Of a DNA stretch of 64,000 bases, positions 11,112 through 23,045 are shown piece after piece. The stretch's first letter is position 1. Each line of letters starts with the position of its first letter. Under the pieces are notes generated by a model. It saw only the letters and a list, made by a program, of their open reading frames with translations. It made no database searches and was not told where the DNA came from. Source of the DNA: Macrostomum lignano (taxonomy: Eukaryota); the NCBI GenBank assembly GCA_002269645.1, contig NIVC01002830.1, forward strand, positions 62,001 to 126,000. The letters run 5' to 3'. Both the position numbers and the translations under genes were made by a program.

Positions 11112-14100
11112 TCACACTCTGCCCACACTGTCTGCCGCGGTCCTGGTTGCGGACTCCAGCTTCACCACAGCAGCGGCCGCCGCAGCAGCCGCGGCAGCCG
11201 TGTTGAGGCCCGGGCAGGCCGTCTCCTGGTGCTCCAGCAGCGACTCCAGCTGGTCGAAGGACTCGCCGCAGCGGACGCAGACGAGCTGGCCTTGGTGCCT
11301 GTACCCGGCCGCTGCACTGCTGGCCGCTGCGGCTGCTGCCGCTGCGTTGATGGCCTGCTGCTGCAGCTGCTGTCTGAGCAGATCCGGATGAAGCGATAGC
11401 GGCAGCTGCAGTTGCTGCTGCGGTGGCTGGGGCGGATGCTGCGGCATCTGCTGCACGGGCGTCACCCGTTTGAACGTCCGTCGCTTACTGTAGGGCTGCG
11501 TCTTATGCTGCAGCATGCCGAGCTCCTCGGGTGTCATGCTGGACAGCAGGTCGCTGTTGAAGCTGGTGGGCAGGCGGATCCCGTCACTGCCGCTGGCGTT
11601 GGCCACCTCGGATGGCGACAGAGCCGCTGAGGACGCGGAGGCGCCGTTGTTGCCTCCGAAGCCGCCGCTGGCGCTGTGCACTTTGGCGTGCATCTTCATC
11701 CCGCGCTCAGTTTGCCCGATGTAGCCGCAGATGGAGCACTTGTAGCCCGCGCTGCCGCTCAGGTCCAGCGCGATCGGCAGCCACGAAGGCGGCGAAGACT
11801 GCTGCTGCTGTTGCAGTTGCTGCTGCTGCTGCTGCTGAGCCGCTGCTTTTGACGCGTCGCCTGTGGCGGGTGAATCTGCGCAGGCTGGCGCCGCTGTACC
11901 GGCAGAAGCGCCCGCAGTCGCAGGCGCCACAGCGGCGGCGCTCGGCGCTGTTTTGTCCGGATTCTCGGGACAGTAGAAGGCCTGATGCGCTGTCAGGGTG
12001 GACGGCGAGTGGAACCGGATCTGGCAGTAGGGGCACTGGAACTTGCGCTCAGCGGCTGACGCGCTTGGCGAATGAGTCGAGGCTGCAGCGGTTGGCGCTG
12101 AACTGGCCGGGGCAGCCAGGGTCTCAAGCTTGGGCGTTGCCATGGCTACTGTGGGCAGCTGAGCGCCGCTCTGCTTCTGTTGCTCTTGAAGCTGCAGAGG
12201 ATGTTTAGACAGTCGGCCAGGTGTGCCGGATGCTGCACCGGTGGCAGCCGCGGCAGCTGCCACGCGACCGCTCTGACAGTAGAGCGACCGGTGCACCAAG
12301 TAGTTGTTGTAGTTGAAAAAGCCGATTTTGCAGTCCTTGCAGACGCTCATCAGGCTGGAGGCCGAGCCGGACTTTTCTGGTTGATTTTGTTGCTGCTGTT
12401 GTTGCAATTGTCGGCTGCGCTGTCGCTGCTGCTGCTGCTGCTGGGAATGCTGAGTCAGTCTTAGCGAGGCTCCGACAGAGGCTGCTGCTGGTGTCTGCAC
12501 CCTCGGCAGCGTCAGGTCGAGGGCTGAAGCCTCGGGTAGGTCTGGCGAACTTCTGTTGTTTGGGTCGGGAGAAAATGTGTACAAATGAGATATGCTCTCA
12601 CACAAACGCTCCCACAGTGTGTACAGCGGCCCTGACTTTATAATCGTCAGGCATGTACACAGCTCTGTGCCTTGGCGGTTGGCCCTCATGGCTGTGAGAG
12701 CCTTTGCAGAAATGCAAACGATCATACTCAGCAACATCGAAAATTCGCCATCACAGAAGATTTCGTCTGCTGGTGGGGTCGCCACTTTTGAGAGTGCATG
12801 CAGGTAAAGTCTCTCAATCTTAAGTGCCAGTGACGCAACTCAGCTACGCCACGCAACAGACTTGGATTGAGGAATGAAGTGGGGGGATCGTGGTGTGCGA
12901 GGGTTGGACGGATTAAAGCTACCTTGATCAGTTTTCTCGTATTTTTTATTTCAGAATAGTCCAAGACCAACTGCTCACTGGGTCATATGGTGGCGACTTT
13001 TCAATTTTGCTGAGTAGATATTTTCGTTGTTGCTAAAAATAAACCTGTGACACTTTCTGATTGATCACAAGCACATGGCTAGGCAGAAGGGCGTGAGCAC
13101 TTGAGATTTTAGGAGAAAAAAACAAGCTAAAAGTTGAAAATTTAAGATTGATTTGTTAAAGCTGCTTTTGTAAGCTCGTGTGTGACTTGAAAAATACTGA
13201 AAAATTCAAACATTCACTTCTTATCAAAATAGATTAAAATGATTAAAGCCCATTAAACCATGACTCATATGATTCAACGGTTGAGAAAAATCCTAATTTT
13301 GATCCCGGATCTACTCAGGGTAGTAGATCAGGTACGGTACCTGAGTTTCTTTTCTTTGACTGGAGCATTTCAAGTAGGATGCAATGACGCAACAGTGTTC
13401 TGTCTGATAGTTATAATAATAATTGATTACACCTGCACCTGCCTCAATGGGCAGATGTGCAACCGACAGCTCAGCCGCAGCTATTGCTGTACGGCTGTTC
13501 AGTCCAAGGACTGGGGGGTCGCCACACACAGCCTCAATTACCCCAGCTAATGCTGGCACCCATTTTACAGCTGGGTGAACTGAAGCAATGCAGAGTTAAG
13601 TGTCTTGCTCAACTCAAGAACACAAATTGTTTCAGTGGGATTGGGAATCGAACCCCCGACCTTCAAGTCGTGAGTCCGACGCTCTTAACCACTAGGCTGC
13701 AACCCCTGTCGAATGGAAGATAAAATTAACTGCTATTCATTTGCATGAACAACTTTATTGAAACGTCTGGCACTCACCCGTCAGGATCAGAGGCCACACT
13801 GGCAGCGACATGTTGCAGCGCGTCAATTCCTTGCTGGAGCTGCTGGCTTTGCGCAGGCGGCTCTTTGCTCCTCGGCAAGCCCACAGGCACGTAGGAGATG
13901 CAGCCGCGATCGCTGAGCACGGGAGCGGACAGCACCAGCTGCGAGGCGTCCCCGCTGCCCAGCACGCCCCGCTGTCCGACGCCAGCTTCTCCGAATAGAT
14001 CGTGGAACTGGCGGTGAGTCTGCAGCATCCAGGCCGAGGTGAAGAACAGGCCGCACCGGGTGCAGTGGCGAATTTTCGAACGAAGCGACGACTCAACTTG

Positions 14101-17100
14101 CACGGCTGAGCGTCGGTTGCCGCCGGACTCCAGCAGCCGGGGCAGCTTGGCGGAGCTGCCGCAGGCGGCATTGGCGCTGGCCGGCCTCTTGCGCGCCTCC
14201 AGTGGACCTGACAGCTGCTCCAGCTCCGAGGACTCCTCCGAATCATCGTCCTGTAGGCGGCAAGCGTTGGAATCTTCGGCATCGGCTGAACTCGCAGAGT
14301 CGCAGGTGTCGTCAAGGTGCTCAGGCTCGGCCTCATCCAGGCTGTTGTTGCTGCAGCTCCAGTCGCTGCCGCTGCCGCTGCTACTGCAGATTCGAGTATT
14401 GAGCCTCTCACCGGGCATCAGAGGTCGCCGGGCCTTCAGGTAGAGCGTCTGGTCACGAACTGTGGGCAGGTCATTGATAGATTGTTAATCAAAGAGACAG
14501 CACCCAGAGCCCCCATGCTAGCTGAATGTGAAACCCCTACTCACCGTTGACCACAATAGCCGTGTTGCAGCTGTCATCATCATTATCGTAATCTCCGTTC
14601 TCGGAATCTACAGCTCCATCGGAGGCTGTGTCAACAAAGTTGAGCAGCATCAGCCAGCGTTCGCTTTCCGCTATGAGCCGAACGAATAGTTGAACGTCTG
14701 AGTCGTTTGGATCAGTTTGGTCGTTTGTCTTGAAAGAGAGGTGCATGCGAGTTTGAGTTTATTGTATTATGAGTTGGGTAGATATGGAGATGCTGGGAGA
14801 GGATGAGATCGCAGGTAAAATGTAAAGAAGACAGACAGGGTGAGAGGGAGTCAGTGAGCGAAATAGAGGTAGAGAGATGTGAAGACGGAGACGGAGACAG
14901 ACAGAGAGGTAAATAGAGATGGACAGAGAGAGAGTTGGGAAGGGAGTCAGTGAGGAAGACAGAGAGGAAGATGGATAGGGAGGCAAATAGAGACAGAGAG
15001 GGGGGTAGAGAAGGAGACAAAGGGGGAGACAGAGAGGAAAACAGAAAGGGAGACAAATGGGGAGAGAGAGGGAGACAGAGAGGGAGACAGAGAGGAGACA
15101 GAGAGGAGACAGAGAGGGAGACAAAGGGAGACAGAGAGGGAGACAAAGGGAGACAGAGAGGAGACAGAGAGGGAGACAGAGAGGGAGACAGAGAGGGAGA
15201 CAGAGAGGGAGACGGAGAGGGATACAGAGAGGGAGACAGAGAGGGAGACAGGGAGGGAGACAGAGAGGGAGACAGAGAGGGAGACAGAGAGGGAGACAGG
15301 GAGGGAGACAGAGAGGGAGACAGAGAGGAATACAGGGAGGGAGACAGTCTATTCCGATAAATAAAAAGCCGCACATCCTGAAACGATCACACAAAGGTGA
15401 AATAAATAAATTCTCAAATAAAATGACATTCTCCACTTTATCAACGCAGCCTGATTTGCTCAGCTCAGCACCATGCAGAGAGGAAGCCCAAGCCATTTCC
15501 ACAATGGACCTTGGCGCTCACACTGTGCTCGCTGGACTTTAGCCACTATACCCTGTAAATATAGTATATCACGCTCGATCTAAACCAGCCGCCTATCTGA
15601 AATTGCCCAGGCCAAAGTCAGCAATGCATGCAGAGCTTGGCAATTCGCGGCTAATCTAATCTCCTGAATCGGTCCCCCCTCGGGCTCTGCTCTATCTTAT
15701 CTCGAATGCTATACAGATTGGACCCTCATTGCATTTAGGAATTTAGAATCAGATGTTGGGGAGAATCACCCCCACCCTCCCCTACATTCTTATCTTATTG
15801 CCTTCCAAGAATTATTCCCTATTATGCGATTCTCTCATAGGTAGGTAGATAAAGGCTTATCTAATCGCCAAAGCTAAACACGTAACACTGTTACCAATTG
15901 TGCACAGGGCGGTGCAACTCGTGTTGTTTAGCATCAGCTTTATATTCATGTATCAAATAATTCAAATAGCCTTGGATATGTCTAATGTAAACTGCTAGCG
16001 TATTTTAGGTTGCTTTCATTGTAGGATTCATTAGTAGGGTTCATTGAAAGGTCAACTTGTTGGATGTTGTTGCTTAGTGGCGCCATTTGTGCGTGGGATA
16101 TGCTGGATAGCGCCATTTGTGCGTGGGAGATGCTGGGTGGCGCCATTTGTGTTGTGGGAGGTGCTGGGTGGCGCCGTTTGTGTGTAGGAGATGCTGGGTG
16201 GCGCCATTTGTGTGTCGGAGATGCTGGGTGGCGCCATTTGTGTGTCGGAGATGCTGGGTGGTGCCATTTTTGTGTCGGAGATGCTGGGTGGCGCCATTTG
16301 TGTGTCGGAGATGCTGGGCGGCGCCATTTGTGCGTGGGAGATGCTGGGTGGCGCCATTTGTGTGTGGGAGATGCTGGGTGGCGCCATTTGTGTGTGGGAG
16401 ATGCTGGGTGGCGCCATTTGTGTGGGAGATGCTGGGTGGCGCCATTTGTGTGTGGGAGATGCTGGGTGGCGCCATTAGTGTGTGGGAGTTGCTGGGTGGC
16501 GCCGTTTGTGTGTGGGAGATGCTGTGTGGCGCCGTTTGTGTGTGAAAGGTGCTGGGTAGCTAGATCCTCCCACAATGCGTAACATGGCAAACGCGGACAC
16601 CAGTGCTGACAGTGTCAGACTGTCAGGCCCCTCACACACTCCAATGGTCAGCAGTCTTAGGCGACTCACCCGCACAGACAGATGCGCATCTTTCGAGCAG
16701 GGCACCAGCTCAAAGCGGAACGGACCCCAGCTGGCTGTCTCATCGAAGGCCTCCGTCAGCCGAAGGCATTCAGCGTTGCTGTCGTATTCGATGCCTTCGG
16801 GTAGCTCAGCAGTCAGCTCTGAAGGTCAGATATTGCATGGGATTTATTTTAGACAGATTCGAACTGCAGCTTAGTCTGATTTTATTTAGGGGCCACAAGC
16901 ACCAAGAGGTTCCAGCACCAAGAGGTTTCAGCATCAAGAGGTTCCAGCACCAAGAGGTTCCAGCACCAAGAGGTTTCAGCATCAAGAGGTTCCAGCACCA
17001 AGAGGTCCCAGCATCAAGAGGGTCCAGCACCAAGAGATGCCAGCACCAAGAGACGCCAGCACCAAGAGACGCCAGCACCAAGAGACGCCAGCACCAAGAG

Positions 17101-20100
17101 ACGCCAGCACCAAGAGACGCCAGCACCAAGAGACGCCAGCACCAAGAGACGCCAACACCAAGAGACGCCAACACCAAGAGACGCCAGCACCAAGAGACGC
17201 CAGCACCAAGAGACGCCAGCACCAAGAGACGCCAGCACCAAGAGACGCCAACACCAAGAGACGCCAACACCAAGAGACGCCAGCACCAAGAGACGCCAGC
17301 ACCAAGAGACGCCAGCACCAAGAGACGCCAGCACCAAGAGACGCCAGCACCAAGAGACGCCAGCACCAAGAGACGCCAGCACCAAGAGACGCCAACACCA
17401 AGAGACGCCAACACCAAGAGACGCCAGCACCAAGAGACGCCAGCACCAAGAGACGCCAGCACCAAGAGACGCCAGCACCAAGAGACGCCAGCACCAAGAG
17501 ACGCCAGCACCAAGAGACGCCAGCACCAAGAGACGTCAGCACCAAGAGACGCCAGCACCAAGAGACGCCAGCACCAAGAGATGCCAGCAACAATGAGTTT
17601 CTACAAACAACAAACAAACTCACCTCGAAGGCAGGCGTGATTTCTGAACAACTCCGCAATTCTCATTGCTCTGTCACTGAATTAAACAGCACAGCACGGC
17701 ACAACAAACAAAATGGCGGGATGTTGTCCAGCTTCAGCAGGATAAAAAGGGGTGACTTTTGCAGACAAAAACGAGGGCTGGTATCCTTCCTGACCTGTCT
17801 GTGTGGAATATCTGTCTGCACTGGATCTTATTGCTGTGGCTGAGGGGAGCAACGGGTCGGCAATACTCTAGTCTAGTGTATATGGGGTGGCTCGACCTTA
17901 TCTAACTGATATCAATTGCCTGAACCAACCCGCATTGCTGTGTTCTTCTTTTCTGCCCTTGTGGCCTCCGCTGTGGCTTTCGAATTTCGGGGGAGTTGGG
18001 GGTTGGCCGCTGCCCACCCGCCCCTCGCAGTCCCCCCCAGCGCCATGGGAGACGGGCCGGGCCCCAGTGGGACAGAGCAGCAAGAGGAGAAAACGAGGCG
18101 GGCCTCTGCATCCACCCCCTCCACTTCCCCTGTTATCAGCGGCTCTTATCAATCCCGAACTGTGGGGTTGGGGTCCCAGTTTTATCTCGCTATCGATTTT
18201 CAAGGCGGATTCGCTCTCGGTTTTCTAGATTGGAAACTCAGATTCCGGAGGCCTGCGGGGGGCAGTGTCATGGTGGCCGAGATCCACTGCATGGAGTGGT
18301 GACTTTGATGGCGCCTGTTGGGTGAGATTTAAGCACCGCAGGGTGAGATTTAAGCGCCGCAGGGTGAGATTTTAGTTCCGCAGGGTGAGATGTTAGCTCC
18401 GCAGGGTGAGATTTTAGCTCCGCAGGGTGTAATTTTAGCTCCGCAGGGTGAGATTTTAGCTCCGCAGGGTGAGATTTAAGCGCCGCAGGGTGAGATTTTA
18501 GCGCCTTCTGGGTTAGATTTTAGCGCCGCCGCAGGGTGAGATTTAAGCACCGCAGGGTGAAATTTTAGCTCCGCAGGGTGAGATTTTAGCTCCGCAGGGT
18601 GAGATTTTAGCTCCGCAGGGTGAGATTTTAGCTCCGCAGGGTGAGATTTTAGCTCCGCAGGGTGAGATTTTAGCGCTGCAGGGTGAGTTTTTAGCGCCGC
18701 AGGGTAAGATTTTAACGCCGCAGGGTAAGATTTTAACGCCGCAGGGTGAGATTTTAGCGCCGCAGGGTGAGATTTTAGCACCTCAGGGTGAGATTTAAGC
18801 GCCGCAGGGTGAGATTTTAGCGCCGCAGGGTGTGAGTTTAGCGCTGCAGGAGGAGATTTTAGCTCCGCAGGGTGAGATTTTAGCGCCGCAGGGTGTGAGT
18901 TTAGCGCTGCAGGGTGAGATTTTAGCTCCGCAGGGTGCAGGGTGTGCTCCCAGATTTTAGCGCCGCAGGGTGAGATTTTAGCGCCGCAGGGTGAGATTTT
19001 AGCTCCGTAGGGTGAGATTTTAGCGCCGCAGGGTGAGATTTTAGCTCCGCAGGGTGAAATTTTAGCGCCACAGGGTGAGATTTTAGCTCCGCAGGGTGAG
19101 ATTTTAGCTCCGCAGGGTGAGATTTAAGCGCCGCAGGGTGAGATTTAAGCTTCGCAGGGTGAGATTTAAGCGCCGCAGGGTGAGATTTTAGCGCAGCAAA
19201 GTGAGATTTTAGCGCCGCAGGGTGAGCTCTCAGTGTTTGTTTCGCTTTCCTACCTGCCCAGAACCAAAATAGAAGTTAAGTATATTGAAGTTAATTTCTT
19301 TTACATTAGATGAGAGAGACGGAGAGGAGAGAGGAGAGAGGAGAGGAGAGAGAAGAAAAGAGGAAAGATGAGATGAGAAATAACAGCCGAGAGGCCAGAA
19401 AGAGATGAAAGGAGAGATTAGATCAGAGACCCCCCTGAGAGATGGAGATGAGAGAAGAGATCAGACCGAAGATAAGAGGAGAGACCCTGAGAGGAGTCGA
19501 GGAGAGAGAAGAGAGCCGAGAAGAGACACAAACCTGCCATTGCGAAGTTGTCGGGCCGGAGTTGCCACTCCATATTCTGGCTCCAATTCTCCTTGGCGGG
19601 TGTTCTCCCAACTCCCCAAAATCGGCCTCTTATTTTGATGCGGGGGGGGGGTGGGGCTCGAGATCTCAGATCGCCTCTTATCGCAGCGAAACAGGGCCGC
19701 AGTCTGGGGTTGGGGCGGGCAAAACCTTTCCTATCATTTATTTCCAGCTTCCCAGTTTGCACCGGGGCGCGGTAGAGGGCCTCCATAGTATGATATATGT
19801 TTTTATCGGCTTGGCAAATCTTCAGCTAGGCCTGGACCTTATCGCGATCTCCGGGTTCGCCTGCCGTGTGCGCGCATCAGTGGCTTTGAAACAGCCAGAG
19901 AGAGAGACAAGAGATAAAAGATCGAGCTGGCTTATCTATCGAACTGGCATTGGGCCGAAGGCAAATGAGGGCGCTCATCTACTTTGGTGTATTCCTACGC
20001 CCTCCCCCCCCCCGTAGCTGATGCCTGCCTGACTTCTCACTCTGGGTTTTCTTTAGCTATTTCTGGCTTGTCTCTGTCAATCTCTCTGCCTCCTCTCCTT

Positions 20101-20201
20101 ATACTGCTTTTGGCTGGCTTATCTCCGCTTTTTCATCTGGTCTGCCGGCCCGACAGCGCGCCCTCGCCTCCTTCCTTGCCGTTTGCTTACCGTGGCTTCA
20201 T
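11112..20201 (-). CDS. FOG/U-shaped (ZFPM)-like multi-zinc-finger GATA cofactor with N-terminal PR(SET)-like domain, about 839 aa
   Basis: complement(join(11112..12552,13778..14459,14545..14728,16670..16818,17624..17676,20191..20201)) = 2520 nt, phases compatible; the first two small exons are less certain. FOG-type CCHC fingers CKDCKIGFFNYNNYLVHRSLYC, CPYCQIRFHSPSTLTAHQAFYCP and CVRCGESFDQLESLLEHQETACP. C2H2 fingers CTRCGLFFTSAWMLQTHRQFH and CSICGYIGQTERGMKMHAKVH. CtBP-type motifs ALDLT and PIALDLS. PR-like motifs SWGPF / RWLMLLNFV / LYLKARRPLMPGERL. Confidence 0.75.
13411..13707 (-). mobile_element. tRNA-derived SINE with CORE (MIR-like) central segment, copy 1
   Basis: Minus strand: tRNA-like head with A box (TAGTGGTTAAGAGC) and B box (GGTTCGATTCC), then TTGAGCAAGACACTTAACTCTGCATTGCTTCAGTTCACCCAGCTGTAAAATGGG, a 3' body and an AT-rich tail. 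Homologous copy at 48135-48397. Confidence 0.8.
14830..15350. repeat. GA-rich 12-bp repeat (GAGAGGGAGACA) in FOG-like intron
   Basis: Direct reading; explains ORFs 14712..15542. Confidence 0.9.
16075..16555. repeat. 30-bp minisatellite (GATGCTGGGTGGCGCCATTTGTGTGTGGGA)
   Basis: Tandem copies within a FOG-like intron. Confidence 0.95.
16895..17590. repeat. 16-bp minisatellite (CCAGCACCAAGAGACG)
   Basis: Tandem copies; explains ORFs 16603..17843. Confidence 0.95.
18320..19225. repeat. 21-bp minisatellite (AGCGCCGCAGGGTGAGATTTT)
   Basis: Tandem copies with GCGCC/GCTCC variants. Confidence 0.95.
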
Positions 20202-20344
20202 CTTGCGCTTTCAGCCAAGCAGCTCTGCCAGATCCATTACCGTCCGAAGGCGCACAGAAAGTCTTACCACAACTTTACGCTTGGCTATAAAGAACAAGAT
20301 AACTGGTAGAGGTGACAGGGGCCGTTGTCACAAAGGCGAAGTCA

Positions 20345-20998
20345 TGGTGGCTGGCGCCCGTGGTGCTGGCGCCCCTGGTGCTGGCGCCCCTGGTGCTGGC
20401 GCCCCTGGTGCTGGCGCCCCTGGTGCTGGCGCCCCTGGTGCTGGCGCCCCTGGTGCTGGCGCCCCTGGTGCTGGCGCCCCTGGTGCTGGCGCCCCTGGTG
20501 CTGGCGCCCCTGGTGCTGGCGCCCCTGGTGCTGGCGCCCCTGGTGCTGGCGCCCCTGGTGCTGGCGCCCCTGGTGCTGGCGCCCCACTGGTGCTGGCGCC
20601 CCACTGGTGCTGGCGCCCCACTGGTGCTAAAGCGCCACACTGGTGCTGGCGCCCCACTGGTGCTGGCGCCCCACTGGTGCTGGCGCCCCACTGGTGCTGG
20701 CGCCCCACTGGTGTGCTGGCGCCCCTGATGCTGGCGCCCCACTGGTGCTGGCGCCCCTGGTGCTGGCGCCCCTGGTGCTGGCGCCCCACTGGTGCTGGCG
20801 CCCCTGGTGCTAAAGCCCCTGGTGCTAAAGCCCCTGGTGCTAAAGCCCCTGGTGCTAAAGCCCCTGGTGCTAAAGCCCCTGGTGCTAAAGCCCCTGGTGC
20901 TAAAGCCCCTGGTGCTAAAGCCCCTGGTGCTAAAGCCCCTGGTGCTGGCGCCCCTGGTGCTGGCGCCCCTCTGGTGCTGGCGCCCCTGGTGCTGGCGC
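20345..20998. repeat. 15/17-bp minisatellite (GGTGCTGGCGCCCCT and GGTGCTAAAGCCCCT variants)
   Basis: Tandem copies; the same two variants occur at 23046-23960. Confidence 0.95.
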
Positions 20999-21834
20999 TC
21001 AAGTTGAATAGCTTATCATCAACTTATATTTCTAGTTAATTATAGTTCTACTATAGTTTGTGATTGATTGATGACAGATTTCTAAAAAAGCTTCGTCTTA
21101 TCAATCGAGTAAAAAATTATTTTGGTCTGGTCTCCAATTTCGGCACCTGCTACTTATTGAGGCCATTTCGTGTCTCCTCTATGCAGATGGGGTTCCAATC
21201 CAGACAGCTCTATAAAAACGGTCCTTGCCAGCTCGCGGTTTTTGGCATTCATTCAGTCTCTGTCCGGCCCTCATGCCAGAGAAACTGCAATCTTATCTAC
21301 TCTGGCCAATCTCTGGTCTGCCTCATTTTCTTCTGCCTGTCGGCCTGGCCTCTCTTTCCTGCTTCTCCTTATCTGTCTGTAGCATCAATTGTCTCTGAGC
21401 CTTATCTAGGCCGTCCCTCCCCGCCTCACTCCCCGAGCCGCTATCTCCCTCTCCTTCCCTCCACTTACATTCTAGCGAGAGGAGGGGGACCGTTCGGTTT
21501 GTGGGTTGTGGCTTGTCTGTCGGTTTCAGAGCTCGAGACTGGGGTTTTGCTGCTTTTTCTAGGTTTGTTCGACACTTATTAAGAAATATAAGTTTGGCCT
21601 CGTGTGCACCTGATGCAGCAGCGCCCTAATTAGATGGAGAATCTGTTTTAAAATCAATTCTGAGATTTAGCAGCCTGAATTTACAGCAGCAATTGCGGAT
21701 GCTGTGGGTGTTCACTGCGGCATAGTTGGCACTGCACTAGCATGCCCTGAATTGGGTGTCACCGCGGTGTCAGGGGGATGATGTTCGTGTATTGGAGTCC
21801 GTCAGGAGGGGACTGTCAGGACCCTCTCATCCTT

Positions 21835-22400
21835 CTGCTCTCCTACCCTCCTACCCTCCGACCCTCCGACCCTCCGACCCTCCGACCCTCCGACCCTCCG
21901 ACCCTCCGACCCTCCGACCCTCCGACCCTCCGACCCTCCTCCTCCGACCCTCCTACCCTCCGACCCTCCGACCCTCCTACCCTCCGACCCTCCTACCCTC
22001 CGACTCTCCGACCCTCCGACCCTCCTACCCTCCGACCATCCGACCCTCCGACCCCCCTACCCCCCGACCCTCCTACCCTCCGACCCTCCTACCCTCCGAC
22101 CCTCCGACCCTCCGACCCTCCGACCCTCCGACCCTCCTACCCTCCGACCCTCCGACCCTCCGACCCTCCGACCCTCCGACCCCCCTACCTCCCGACCCTC
22201 CTACCCTCCTACCCTCCTACCCTCCGACCCTCCTACCCTCCGACCCTCCTACCCTCCGACCCTCCTACCCTCCGACCCTCCGACCCTCCGACCCCCTACC
22301 CCCCGACCCTCCTACCCTCCGACCCCCCTACCCTCCGACCCTCCTACCCTCCGACCCTCCTACCCTCCGACCCCCCTACCCTCCGACCCTCCTACCCTCC
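21835..22400. repeat. 8-bp C-rich repeat (CCCTCCGA/CCCTCCTA)
   Basis: Direct reading. Confidence 0.95.
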
Positions 22401-23045
22401 TCTCCACCCTTCACCCTGCAACGCAGCCTCGCCAAGTGCACCCATTCGGATCGCTAGCAGCTACAGAGCTGATCCCTCACTCCCCCATGGCAGCATGAAG
22501 TGCCCTCAGAGAACACAGAGTACCAGCTTTACCTTTTCACTGTTCCACCAACCTGTTACTCGGAAACGAATAAGTTCATAAGCATAAACCTCGAAATATT
22601 CATATGGAATCAATAAAGCTTCAATCGGTTGCACTGATGATAGAAAGGTGAAATTTTTACAATTTCAAACCATTCGAGACCATCAGCTTCAGCTGTTCAT
22701 CTGTTTACAATGCAGCTTCTACCAAACCCACTCTGTATCCAAGCCAAATGCTGTGCTATCCGCATCAAATTCAACCTTAACACAGACCAAGATCTTGTCT
22801 GATAGTGCCATGAGCGTTGTAAATTGGTAACTGCTGCTGTGGGCCTTATCTTCACGCACCAATAAACCAGCCTTGCAATGCTCCCTTGCTGCGATCGCGT
22901 ATAAAGATCCTTGGGATATACGAGTATAGGGATGATAAAACTTGAAATAATAAGTTTCATATCGGATGTAGGGAACATTCACAAGTGTCTTTGGTGAGAT
23001 ATTGCTTGCTTTAATTAAAATTTCGAATTTGAAGGATTTCGGCTA

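Noticed and set aside
12136-12149. X-box-like GTTGCCATGGCTAC (also GTTGCCATGGTGAC at 34019-34032)
   Set aside because: Both lie in coding exons and encode V-x-M-A-T; they can be explained by protein sequence.
12553-12785. N-terminal 77 aa of the 557-aa ORF
   Set aside because: The upstream exon ends in phase 2, which fits the acceptor at 12553 but not the one at 12785; probably intronic read-through.
13640-13707. tRNA gene
   Set aside because: No 3' acceptor stem; continues into SINE body shared with 48135-48397.
18210-18292. MQWISATM...SRKPRANPP as a candidate FOG NuRD motif
   Set aside because: Followed immediately by a stop with no donor; only superficial similarity to RRKQxxP.
22634-22660. 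Hammerhead-like CTGATGA...GAAA
   Set aside because: No stem II pairing or flanking helices.
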